A DNA stretch of 62,761 bases, filler included, from Vermamoeba vermiformis (lineage: Eukaryota), in assembly GCA_045837725.1 (NCBI GenBank). It is 4 parts of 4 records of this genome, joined end to end, with 100 filler letters (N's around TTAATTAATTAA, not from the genome) between each part and the next. Parts side by side here need not be neighbours in the genome. Positions count along the whole stretch, not along the records: positions 1 to 30,386 come from JBEWZL010000133.1; positions 30,487 to 51,906 come from JBEWZL010000139.1; 2 more parts are not named here. One strand, 5' to 3'. A model generated the notes under the pieces. The model saw only the letters and a program-made list of their open reading frames with translations, was not told the origin of the DNA and searched no databases. The first letter of the stretch is position 1; the number at the start of each line of letters is the position of its first letter. Positions 23,901 through 35,020 of this stretch are shown in pieces. A program made the position numbers and the translations under genes.

Positions 23901-25042
23901 ATGGGCCTCAAAGTATCCCGAACCATCTCTCCGTCGGAAGACCCTTCGCAAAATCGCAAATCCACATCTTCCTCAAATCACCCTTCAGCAACAAGTGACG
24001 GAGCAGCGAGCGTTCACAAAAAAATTAAAGGCCTAGGGGATGACTGGGCGAGTATTAGCGCCGACGACTATTATTCACCAGAGATCTTAGCCAACAAAAT
24101 GTTTCCGTTCCCGAAAAATGCTAGCGGCGTAAGTACGATGAATACTAAAATTATAGAGATAAACTATATATTTTGCTATTTTTAAAGCTAATTATTGCAT
24201 TATAGACAATCAGACTGCCTGTCAAGCTCTTCATCTCTTCAATTACTCCGTCTCTTGTAAATATGGCGAAAGTCCTCAATTTCTTTAAGAAAGGTTCACT
24301 AATATTTGGAGCATCGCACGTAGGATTGCAATTTGGTTCCGTTGTAAGTTAAAATTTAATTCTTTTGCTCGATCTGATTACTTTCTGATTTTAAGGTCAT
24401 TGATTGGAACGAAAGCAGCCTTGTACATATTGGAGAGTTAAAATCTAAGACAGCTACAATATTATTTGATGTTCACGATTCAGTCCAAGTCGTTTACACT
24501 CCTGAACTGGAACAAAAGGTCAGCCAAATCCGCTAAAAGTGATTACAAAGATTGACATTAGCTTTTAGGCTGTGGAATTTGTACAAAAATGGAACTCTAC
24601 GGTCAAATACTCGCAGACAGAGTGGAACTGTCACAAGTTCGTCAAAGATTTTTTGGATCAAGTCCTCAGCTTGTCGCTTTCGACTTGTTTCCAGGGTATT
24701 CTTGGTAAGTACTATATTTAATGTTCTAATTTTAGCTCATTATTCTCTTCAGGCGAATATATTGAATCGTGTATCATCACCAAAGGCGATCCAAAGCCAC
24801 GTCTCAAGTCGAAAAACCATGGAGTATTAACATTCGACACGCATCAAGACTTGGAGCGAATAGAGCGCGAAAGAGAAGAGGACAAAGACAAGCCTGAAGA
24901 TCAGCAACGTTGGAAATTTACTCCTGAAGAGCTCAAATTGATGAAAGTGTTTCATCGAGGCTTTCAAATGCGCGAAGCAGTTTCTGGTCATTATGTCAAT
25001 TGTTATTACGGCAATCCGACTGGCGCATTGGAGATCCTGTAA
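23901..25042 (+). CDS. Stand-alone permuted papain-like (PPPDE/NlpC-P60-type) enzyme, His-Cys intact, possible N-myristoylation
   Basis: Five exons: MGLKVS…; FGASHVGLQFGSV (His 24317-24319); VIDWNESS; KYSQTEWNCHKFVKDFL (Cys TGT 24629-24631); FHRGFQM…LEIL*. Intron positions match the C-terminal domain of B2 and B3. Confidence 0.75.
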
Positions 25043-25231
25043 CGGAACAGTCTCCGACTATTTATTTGTACAATACTCTCAAGAATAATGCTTTGTTGTT
25101 ACCTTCAACGACAATATATTATTTTAAAATTGTTGAAATGAACTGGCCGAACTATTTGCCCGGATGTCACATTTGTCTCGTCACATCTTAAGTGCGCACA
25201 CAAAACCGCCATTCAATCAATTTCGGTAAAG

Positions 25232-27632
25232 ATGGCACACAGTGCACGTATTCGTAACCTATTCGATCTTTTCGTTCCTCTCAACGGTCCTGCTAATCTG
25301 GAAGCGGTTCCTTTACTTGGAACGAATTTTGGATTTGCGTTGGGTCTCAAAAACAACGATGAAAATTGCCTTCAATACCACATTCAACTAGCTTTTAAAC
25401 ATCCGAGAACAGGTGAAGACGTTGCGTTGACCAACTGCTTCGAGTGGGCGAAGAGAAACGCAATTCGATTTCAACGCTCGGAGGAAACACAAGAAGTCGA
25501 GGGAATAATAGTTAAGATTAAATTACCGCCCAAAGTATTCGATTTCAGAAAGCATAGAACACAACAAACGCGAATTCAAGTGAATGAAATCAAAAATGGT
25601 CAGATCATCAAACAAGCATTCAGCAACATCGTCCAAATATTACCTAAAAGTCGGACCTCGCATACAGACTCTACGGGTAAGCGATTTAACATTTTTAAGA
25701 ATTTTTTAAGATAAAGATACGTTTAATTAGCTCGTCTGCGGAATCTGCGCTAACGATTCACTTTAGTACTTATACCAGTTTTATGGATGCAAGACGTTAT
25801 TCCATTGAGCCCTGTTTCACCGCTGAACCTTTCTTCGTATGTGGCGGAAAGTCCGGCGGACGAGATCGAGAACCTAGGAGACATCGACCCACTGCTGCCC
25901 ACGTAAGTTTCTTCTGACCGTGAATTCCTTACCTAACGTTTATGTGTAGCCCGTATAATTACGATGCAGAGCTACAGTACCTGTCGAACAACAATACCGG
26001 CGAGCAATACATGGTACTTTACAACGGCAACGCAGAAGTCGTTGGTAACTTCAGAGCATTGAACTTCTACAAGTCATCAGACATCAATATCAAAGAGGAC
26101 ATCAGGCTGCTCGTTGAAGGTACGTACGGTGCAGGACAAGCACTCTGCACGAGCTGCTACTTCGTGTACCAATTGACTAACACGTGTCATATCTCTCCTT
26201 CAGACCGCGATTGCCGTGACACGTTGCTTCAAATCGACGGAGTAAACTACAAGTTCAAGCAAGGAGTGCATCCAGACACGAACAGACGATTTGTTGGCTA
26301 CATTGCACAACAAGTGGAGAGTGTTGTTCCTGAAGCTGTTCAGCTCATTGATGGTAAGTTCTATTGTCTCGTTTATACTCATATCGACTATGAAACTAAT
26401 ACAGAGCATACTTAGGTATTCTTCATGTCGACTATGAGTCTCTGATTCCATATCTGAGCGAGTCAGTTCGTGCCAACTATGGTGACATCAACGATCTTCG
26501 CTCAAAGACAGAACGAATTCAACGAACTATTGACGAGATGTACGAGCAATTTATCCGTAAGACAGAGTCTCCTCAGCAAACTTCGACGTCATCAAAGCCT
26601 CAACGTGCATCACGAGTGAAAAAACTTGTTCTGCTTAGCGTCATTTCGGTTACAGTATTGGTCGCTATACTTGCCACGTTGGCCTTCATTGGTGTGATCC
26701 CTATCCAAAACTTTGGTGGCTCGCAAGACGACACACCACCAAGCCCAGACTCGAAGTTTCCACCAGAGTTCAGCGTCGCTTGGAAAGATTTATATAGTTC
26801 AACGAATGGTGACACGTGGCTGAGAAAAGACAATTGGCTCAACGAACAAATATCAATTTGCGAGTGGTACGGCGTGAAGTGCATCGAACAACAGCGTTAC
26901 TTGAACGGAACTGCGGTGACATATAATTTCATTCACATCTCATTGGACAACAACAACTTGACTGGCACATTGCCCTCGTCATTGAACAATATCACGTGGC
27001 TTCAAAGTCTCGCTCTGCGGAACAACTCGTTGACTGGAACCATCCCTGAAGAATTCGCGAAGATTGAAAACTTGGAAGTTCTAAGATTGTCGAGCAACAG
27101 ATTGACGGGAACGTTGCCTAATATGGCTAAATTTTCCAAGTTGATAGTGCTGGATCTGAACAGAAATCAGTTCTACGGCACATTCCCGAAAGATTTCTTC
27201 GACAACGATCACATCAATGAAGTCTACTTGGCAAACAATCAGATCGAAGGCCCCATACCAGGGCATAGCCGACTAAAAGTGCTGGATCTGAGTTCAAACC
27301 GCATCAACGGATCTCTTCCCTTCTTAAGCGTTGCATTGGCATACCTCGATTTATCCAACAATAGGATTGAAGGCGAGGTCTTAGCGTCAACTGCAAACGC
27401 GATCCATCTCAACTTGGCGAACAACAGATTCAGCGGTCATTTTACAATGTCAGCCGAACAATTCATCAAAATGAGGTACCTTAATATTTCAAATAATATG
27501 CTTCGTACTTGGCAAGACGAGTACCCTCGCGTGCCTGAGAACGGGTTCCGATGCGACGCAAGTAATAATCAGTTTGCTTGTCCGTTGGGATCGGTTTATA
27601 TCGAACATATTTGTCGTGCTACTTGTAAATAG
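25232..27632 (+). CDS. Family A gene A3 (second N-domain class, S74 chaperone, TM, LRR ectodomain)
   Basis: MAHSARIRNLFDLFVPL…VFDFRK…SNIVQILPK; SSDINIKEDI with Ser at 26077-26079; TM LVLLSVISVTVLVAILATLAFIGVI; CEWYGVKC cap, LRRs, C-cap ending CRATCK*. Confidence 0.85.
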
Positions 27633-27869
27633 GATCATAATTAAATAGTGTAGATATTAGGCTCCTGCTGATTTAAAATTCAGCTAGATCAAGACTTACT
27701 TACCGACGAAATAGCTGAATAGATTAACGATCAGGTTCGCCAAAGTACTTTAAAATAATTCCGGCCTTTTTCAAGTAAAATGATGCAAAATCTGATAGGA
27801 CTGGCTATTTGCCCGGAAGGGAATCAACTGGCACTCGTCACTTTTTTACTATGTATTGATCATCAACAA

Positions 27870-30386
27870 ATGGCACACACCGCTCGCATTCGGAACATAT
27901 TTGATTTGTATATTCCTCTAAGTGGTCCCGCGAATCTCGAATCTGTTCCGTTGTTGGGGAAGAATTTTGGATTTGCTTTGGCCGAGAAAAATAACGATGA
28001 AAGCAGCCTACAGTACCATATAACACTTGTTTATAAACAGCCTCAAACTAACGAAGAAGTTTCATTGCCAAACTGCTTCGTTTGGGCGAAGAGAAAACCA
28101 ATAAGATTTCAACGCTCTGAGGAAACACAAGAAGTTGAAGGAATAGTCGTAAGAATTAAGCTTCCAGCCAAATTGTTCGATTTTCGAAGATACAAAGCCC
28201 GAGAAATACGAATTCAAGTGAATGAAATCAAAAATGGCCAGATCATAAAACAAGCATTCAGCAACATCGTCCAAATATTACCAATAAATCGCCAAGGGAG
28301 CTCCGACTCAACGGGTAAGCAATTGGATCAAGTTAAAAATATTTTCGGCAGGCGTACGCCAAAAAATACGAAAATATGTATTTTCTCGTGGATTTACTCA
28401 CCGGTTTATTGTTAAGCTTTTATCCCCGTGTTTTGGGTACCAGATTTCGTTCCGACATCACCTTTAAGCCAAGTTTCGCCCAATCTTTCGGCTTATGTTG
28501 AAGAAAGTCCACACGAGTCTTTTTATGTTGACTACAACCAAGCGAGCTATTCTAACGAAGACTCGGGGCAAGGTTATTCGCAGACCAATCAGATGTATCC
28601 CTACGATCAGTCAAAGTAAGTTTTCACATCCGTTTTTTACGGCTATTAACTGCTTCGTAGCGCTATCGAATTGCAATATTTGCCCAAGAACAACAACAAC
28701 GATACAGAGCTACAGTATATAGCGAGCAACAACAATGGCGAGCAATACATGGTACTTTACAACGGCAATGCAGAAGTCGTTGGAAACTTCAGAGCATTGA
28801 ACTTCTACAAGTCATCAGACATCAATATCAAAGAGGACATTAGGCTGCTCGTTGAAGGTACGTAGGATGTGCTGGATAGTACATGTTGAAGCTCTACCAG
28901 ACACATGGGATCGCGTGTAACATTTGACTGACACGCGTCATTTATGTACTTTAGATCATGACTGCCGCAATACTCTACTTCAAATCGACGGTGTCAAGTA
29001 CAAGTTCAAGCAAGGAGTGCATCCAGACACGAACAGACGATTTGTTGGCTACATTGCACAACAAGTGGAGAGTGTTGTTCCTGAAGCTGTTCAGCTCATC
29101 GATGGCGAGTTCTATTGTCTCATTTATGCTCATATTGACTATCAAACTAATTGCGGTCACACTTAGGTATTCTTCACGTTGACTATGAGTCTCTGATACC
29201 ATATCTGAGCGAGTCAGTTCGTGCCAATTATGGTGACATCAGTGATCTTCGATCGAAAACAGATCGAATCCAACGAACTATTGACGAGATGTACGAGCAA
29301 TTTCTGCAAAAAGACAACGCTGCTAAGCAATACTCAACGCCGTCACGCAATAATAATAACTATCAACGCGGATCACGAACGAAAAAGATCGTGCTCCTTG
29401 CAGTTAGCTGTGTAACGATTCTAGCCACCGTCCTCATGGCACTGGCATTCGCTGGAGTTATTCCGCTCCACAGCGCCGAGCAAGATGATTTTAAAATTCC
29501 GCCGGAGTTCGTTACGGCTATGAAAGATTTTTATGTTGCAACAAACGGTGACACGTGGCTGAGAAAAGACAATTGGCTCAACGAACAAATATCGATCTGC
29601 GAGTGGTACGGCGTTAAATGCGAGAACACGTGGCATTATTTCGACGAGCTTACGAACGGCACTATGCCACGCGAGTTGTGGACCAACATTCACATTTGGC
29701 TGGACAACAATAACTTGACTGGCACATTGCCATCGTCACTGAACAAAATCACGTGGCTTAGTAGTCTTGTACTGCGGAACAACTCGTTGACTGGCACTAT
29801 AACTGACAAATTTGGACAGCTTGACAGATTGACAGAGCTAAGGCTTGCGGACAACAGTCTCACGGGATCACTTCCAAATATAGTAAAATATCCTGAACTG
29901 CGCGTGCTCGATCTGAGCAGAAACAAATTCTACGGCACACTTCCCGAACATTTTCTCAGTGGCGAATGGATTGCGGAAGTGAACTTGGCAAACAATCAGA
30001 TCGACGGAACAATTCCGGACTGTCGAATGATTGACACGCTGGATCTGAGTTCAAATCGATTCAATGGAACACTGCCGTACTTTGGATTCGGTCTAAAGTA
30101 CCTCAATTTGGCGAACAATATGCTGACAGGCGACTCATTTGCCGCGACCAGATCCGACTCATTAGTTCATCTCGATTTGTCCAATAATCAGCTCAACGGA
30201 GATTTCCATCTTTTACCGGTTGCATTCAACCAAATGGTCTACCTTGATATTTCAAACAATCGATTTCGGAAGTGGGATGAGGTCACTGTTTTACCAGAAA
30301 ATCTGGCTGTTTGTTCAGCGAGTAACAACCAGTTTGTATGTCCGTTAGGATCTGATTGGATGCAGAACAAATGCTTTGCGACGTGT
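27870..30386 (+). CDS. Family A gene A4 (close paralogue of A3), cut by the contig end just before the expected stop
   Basis: MAHTARIRNIFDLYIPL; SSDINIKEDI with Ser at 28815-28817; GC donor at 29105 where paralogues have GT; TM IVLLAVSCVTILATVLMALAFAGVI; LRRs ending CFATC at the gap. Confidence 0.85.
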
Positions 30387-30486
30387 NNNNNNNNNNNNNN
30401 NNNNNNNNNNNNNNNNNNNNNNNNNNNNNNTTAATTAATTAANNNNNNNNNNNNNNNNNNNNNNNNNNNNNNNNNNNNNNNNNNNN
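30387..30486. other. Artificial contig linker
   Basis: 44 N + TTAATTAATTAA (stops in all six frames) + 44 N. Confidence 0.97.
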
Positions 30487-31165
30487 CCACAGTTCGCCAA
30501 CAACAACACAACGGACGTTTGGGCCCTTGTGTTGTGTTGACTACGCGAAGTATTTAAAAAGAAACAAACGCGGAAAATAATTTCTGACACAAGCACGTGG
30601 CGGTCACGTGTTTTTCTAAAATTAGATCGGAGATTAAAAGTTGCTTTCACACGAACAAATTGCAGTGACAAGCACAAGGTAAGTGCTATTATAGTCCGCT
30701 AAATTGTGGACGCGTTCGCCCATTCGTGAACGTTAATTGTTTCCGTTTTAAAACGGATTTTAATCCGCTCACCCGTGGATTAAAATTTAGTGGCGCCATT
30801 CTCATTCGAATGCTCACTAAAAAATTAAAATATTACTTTTGTTTTAATGGAAAGAGTAGAGTACCGTTTAAACAAAAAATTGTAGCGTAATAACGAGCTG
30901 ATCGGTAACGTAAGTACACATTGGAGTTAGAATTTTGTTAATTGCAATTACGATCTGCAGTACGAAATTCCTATTGTTTGATGATTGCGTTAATTTAAAT
31001 ATTTAAAATATTAATAAATTAGTTACAATTAATTGGGAATTTGGAGTTCTCCCGGCACGTCATTAAATCGATATGATAATTGTTATTAGTTAAATTAATA
31101 GTAAATATAAAGCCATTATATTAACAAAATTTTTATTTAGGCCTGGTGGCAGACAAATTGGTAGA

Positions 31166-32534
31166 ATGCTCGAGTACACGGACTGCGTTTCTTTGCAACA
31201 ATGGCTCGAGAAGTCGATAAAATCAGAAGAATTTTGCGAAATTAAACCTGCCCTTGTACAGCAACTAAAATTAACTGTACAAACTGTACGCGGTAATAAA
31301 AACATTTAAAGTCAGCTTAATTGACAATTCCTAGGTAAAAACACGCGGGAGAGAGCTTGGTATCATATTCAATGAGGGATGGGCATTGCGATTGTGTATT
31401 TCCAAGGGCAGTTATATGGTTTTTGCTGCTCATGACAGTGTGGCACCGGCTGTAGTAGAGCAAGCCCCTTTAGCAATGAAAACGGTTACTGGCAACTCTC
31501 TATTGTTGGTGGATGAAGGGGTTGGCAGATCTGTGGTGGTCTTTCAGCCTGAACTGGCGTGGGATGCTTACGGCCCTGACATTCTCTTAGAATCAGCTCT
31601 GTTCACCGCGAACCTCACAACTGTCTTGTCAACTCAGAGTGATTACTTGCGACAAATCACTTTGTTTGAGGCTCTGCTTGATCCTTACTTATTTAATGGT
31701 TTTGGTCCGTTGCTCGTCAATGAGATTCTTCAACGGCTATATTATTATTTTGGTAATCTCCAGATTTGCAGTAAACAAAAGACTCATATCTTTACAGAAA
31801 TACGTCCATTCATCAATGCTCGACAATTTTTAAAGCACGACCACAACCGCAACCTTCTTCAACGCATGAGCACTGAATTTATTGGTCAGTTTTTACATAT
31901 GTCATCGTTGGCACTGAACTGTGTCAATTTCATGGACTTTGGATGGCTTGAATTAAGATCTGTGTTGCTGTTTTCATTTCGGCAACAAGCTTGTCGTGAA
32001 ACAACTGTAAGCTGGTACAGTGTTACTTTGGTCTCTCAACGAGAAGAAATTTGTTATTCAACATGTGAGTCTGTTGATTTGCCGCAAAATTGGAGCAAAA
32101 TGGATGCAGTTCTCCAAGGGCCAGGGCTATCTCATTACTTTACTTGGCAAAGGGTTAGTATGATGTTCATCCTGTAGCTTTGCTAATTGTACCAGCTGGA
32201 GGCAAGCAATTCCAAAAGAAAGGGATTACCAACTACTGAGACACGCGTCAAAAAGCCGCGCAATCACCAGTCTGCTGCTCCAAAGAGAGAAACTGAAGAT
32301 GTTGATACAATGTTTGTTCCGTATTGTGATGTTCTTTGCAAGTATGTGTTATAATCCAATTCTTTTCAATTTCTAATGTTTAATAGTGTTACTTTTCCTG
32401 ATTATTCTGACGACTGCACTGAAAGCGAAGATGAGAGCGCAGCCAATGACAAAGAGATTGCAAGGTTAAAACGTAGATTTAACAAAAAGTGTCGTAGGAT
32501 CGCCAACAAATTCAAACATAAAATAAAATTATAA
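31166..32534 (+). CDS. Divergent NEIL1/Fpg-Nei-like DNA glycosylase homologue
   Basis: TRGRELGIIF, GPDILLES and LFEALLDPYLFNGFGPLLVNEILQRL…IRPF match the NEIL1 pattern RGKEL…GP…ICEALLDQRFFNGIGNYLRAEILYRLKIPPF. Starts MLEY rather than MPEG; basic C-terminal tail; several introns. Confidence 0.65.
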
Positions 32535-32576
32535 CTCTTCACTCAATTATTGCACTGATGTATTAAAAACAAAGGC

Positions 32577-33520
32577 AATGCCTTGAAGGTAACAACCTAC
32601 CTAACTTCGGACATCGTCGCCTTGAAGGTAACGACCTCCCTGACTTTGAACGTTGTCGCCTTGAAGGTAACGACCTCCCTGACTTTGGACGTTGTCGCCT
32701 TGAAGGTAACGACCTCCCTGACTTTGGACGTCGTCACCTTGAAGGTAACGACCTCCCATGTTGTCGCCTTAAAGGTAACGACCTCTCATGTTGTCGCCTT
32801 GAAGGTAACGACCTCCCTGACTTTGGACGTTGTCGCCTTGAGGGTAACGAGCTCCAACGTTGTCGCCTTGAAGGTAACGACCTCCCACGTTGTCGCCTTG
32901 AAGGTAACGACCGTCCTGACGTTGGACGTTGTTGCCTTGAGGGTAATGACCTGTCTAACTTCTGACATCGTTGCCTTGAAGGTAACGACCTCCAACGTCG
33001 TCGCCTTGAAGGTAACGACCTACCTGACTTTGGACATTGTCGCCTTGAGGGTAACGACCTACCCAACTTTGGACGTTGTCGCCTTGAAGGTAATGACCTC
33101 TCATGTTGTCGCCTTGAAGGTAACGACCTCCCTGACTTTGGACGTCGTCGCCTTGAAGGTAACGACCTACCTGACTTTGGATGTTGTCGCCTTGAGGGTA
33201 ACGACCTACCCAACTTTGGACGTTGTCGCCTTGAAGGTAACAACCTACCCAACTTTGGACGTTGTCGCCTTGAGGGTAACAACCTCTCACGTTGTCGCCT
33301 TGAAGGTAACGACCTCCCATGTTGTCGCCTTAAAGGTAACGACCTCCCATGTTGTCGCCTTGAAGGTAACGACCTCCCTGACTTTGGACGTCGTCGCCTT
33401 GAAGGTAACGACCTACCCAACTTTGGACATTGTCACCTTGAGGGTAACGACCTACCCAACTTTGGATGTTGTCGCCTTGAAGGTAACGACCTCCCACGTT
33501 GTCGCCTTGAAGGTAACGCC
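32577..33520. repeat. Minisatellite of mixed 30-bp and 39-bp units
   Basis: Core GTTGTCGCCTTGA[A/G]GGTAACGACCT followed by a short (CCCAT/CCCAC/CCAAC) or long (CCCTGACTTTGGAC/ACCCAACTTTGGAC) tail, repeated more than 20 times. Confidence 0.95.
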
Positions 33521-33763
33521 TCTGGCGTTGTCCAGAGGATATTTCATGCATTGGCTGTTCGACTTAGTATTTTTTCCATAACCCAAACATCCGTCAACCC
33601 CAAGTATATATAAAATATTATCAGCAGCACTGCTTGCTATTATTTTAGCATTAAATTAATTTTTACTTGCCCTTGGCGCAACTCGAAAAAAAAGTCAAAT
33701 CTGGATTTTTTTCAGTAAATTTCTCCTTTATTGTTTTATTGGCCAGGTTCCCAGTGGAATCGA

Positions 33764-33980
33764 CCCTTGTTTGGACTTAGGTTTTCAAGGGTTGGTTTCA
33801 CGCGATACCGACCCTATTTGGACTTAGTTTTTTTCAAGGGGTGGTTTCACGTGATACCGCCCCTTGTTTGGACTTAGTTTTTTTCAGGGGTCGGTTTCAC
33901 GTGATACCGCCCCTTGTTTGGACTTAGTTTTTTTCAAGGGTCGGTTTCATGTGATACCACCCCTTGCTGGACTTAGTTTT
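33764..33980. repeat. Tandem repeat, 50-bp period, about 4 copies
   Basis: CCCTTGTTTGGACTTAGTTTTTTTCAAGGGTCGGTTTCACGTGATACCGC-like units start near 33764, 33811, 33861, 33911 and 33961. Confidence 0.9.
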
Positions 33981-35020
33981 TTAACTTCTTTACTAGGACT
34001 TTCACTAGCTCATGCCTTCTTAGTCTTGCTAGCTTGCCCTGTAACTCCTTTGTACTATTTGTAACTTTGTAAATAAATGTTTTAACTCTACCTTTTGTTT
34101 ATTATTTTAGTCATGCTCTTTTTACTGTGAACTTTTTCAACAAAATAAAGCATTCATAAACTGCTTTATATAAGTTTGTTTACTATGGACAAATTCCTAC
34201 ATAGATGAATTTTTCGGCCAAAAAGTTCAACAAAAAATGAGTTTAAAGCCTCTTTAAACTCTATAACCTGTGGGTTTTTATAACCCAGAAGCCTACTATA
34301 GTTGAGTGTTTTGACTTCGGTCTTAAGTTGGTTGTTTTCTCTCACTGTAGTATTGCCTGAAATAATATTACCATCATAACCATGCCCTGAGGAATTATCT
34401 CCATCGACGTTTGGGTCAGGTTGCGCAAATTGCAAGATCACATCTCAGGTATGCAGAGAAAACAAATCCGTTTTGTTCCAATCCATCGAAATAAATAAGA
34501 TAGGGGCATCAGGTGGGAGTGCCAATGTTATGACCCGTTCTGTGGTAGTGTGAACGGTCGTTTATTTATATAAGTACAACGAGATATATACACGAGATAT
34601 TTGTCTCATCACACCTGGCATTGAATTCATCTGTAGTCATGTTAACCCTGCATGAAGAAAGGGGGAGGTTAGGTGTTGGACCAAGGTCAGGGGTCATGCC
34701 CCCTCAGGGTCCCAAGTCCCACCAAGATAGTAAACCTTCAATTTTCTGATAACACAGGTGTCTAACTGCATTGTTGCAACAGTGGTTAGCAGCGTGAGGA
34801 CATGGTTGATGTGTGAGATGATCACATCGTTAGAGTCCTCATTTGATATGGCAGATCCCTTTGTCAAGATTGTGACTCAACACTGTCAAAATTACAGAAA
34901 ATGGCCTTCAATATACATTTGGCTTATTTAAATTCAAATGCATGCCCTTTGGCCTAACCAACACACCTACCACATTTCAACAAATGATGAATCTACTCAT
35001 TTATATTACAAGACACCAAT

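Noticed and set aside
30431-30442. TTAATTAATTAA as a biological repeat
   Set aside because: Identical at all three gaps and centred in N runs; an assembly linker.
32577-33520. CRISPR array
   Set aside because: The variable parts are only 5 or 14 bp and recur, there are no cas genes, and the context is eukaryotic.
32583-33581. 332-aa VVALKVTT repeat protein and its antisense ORFs
   Set aside because: No ATG start; several frames are open only because unit lengths are multiples of 3. No independent coding evidence.
34515-34612. Possible LTR end and primer-binding site on the minus strand (TGTGATGA…TCATAACA then TGGCACTCCCA)
   Set aside because: Only about 85 bp, with no second LTR and no recognisable gag/pol.
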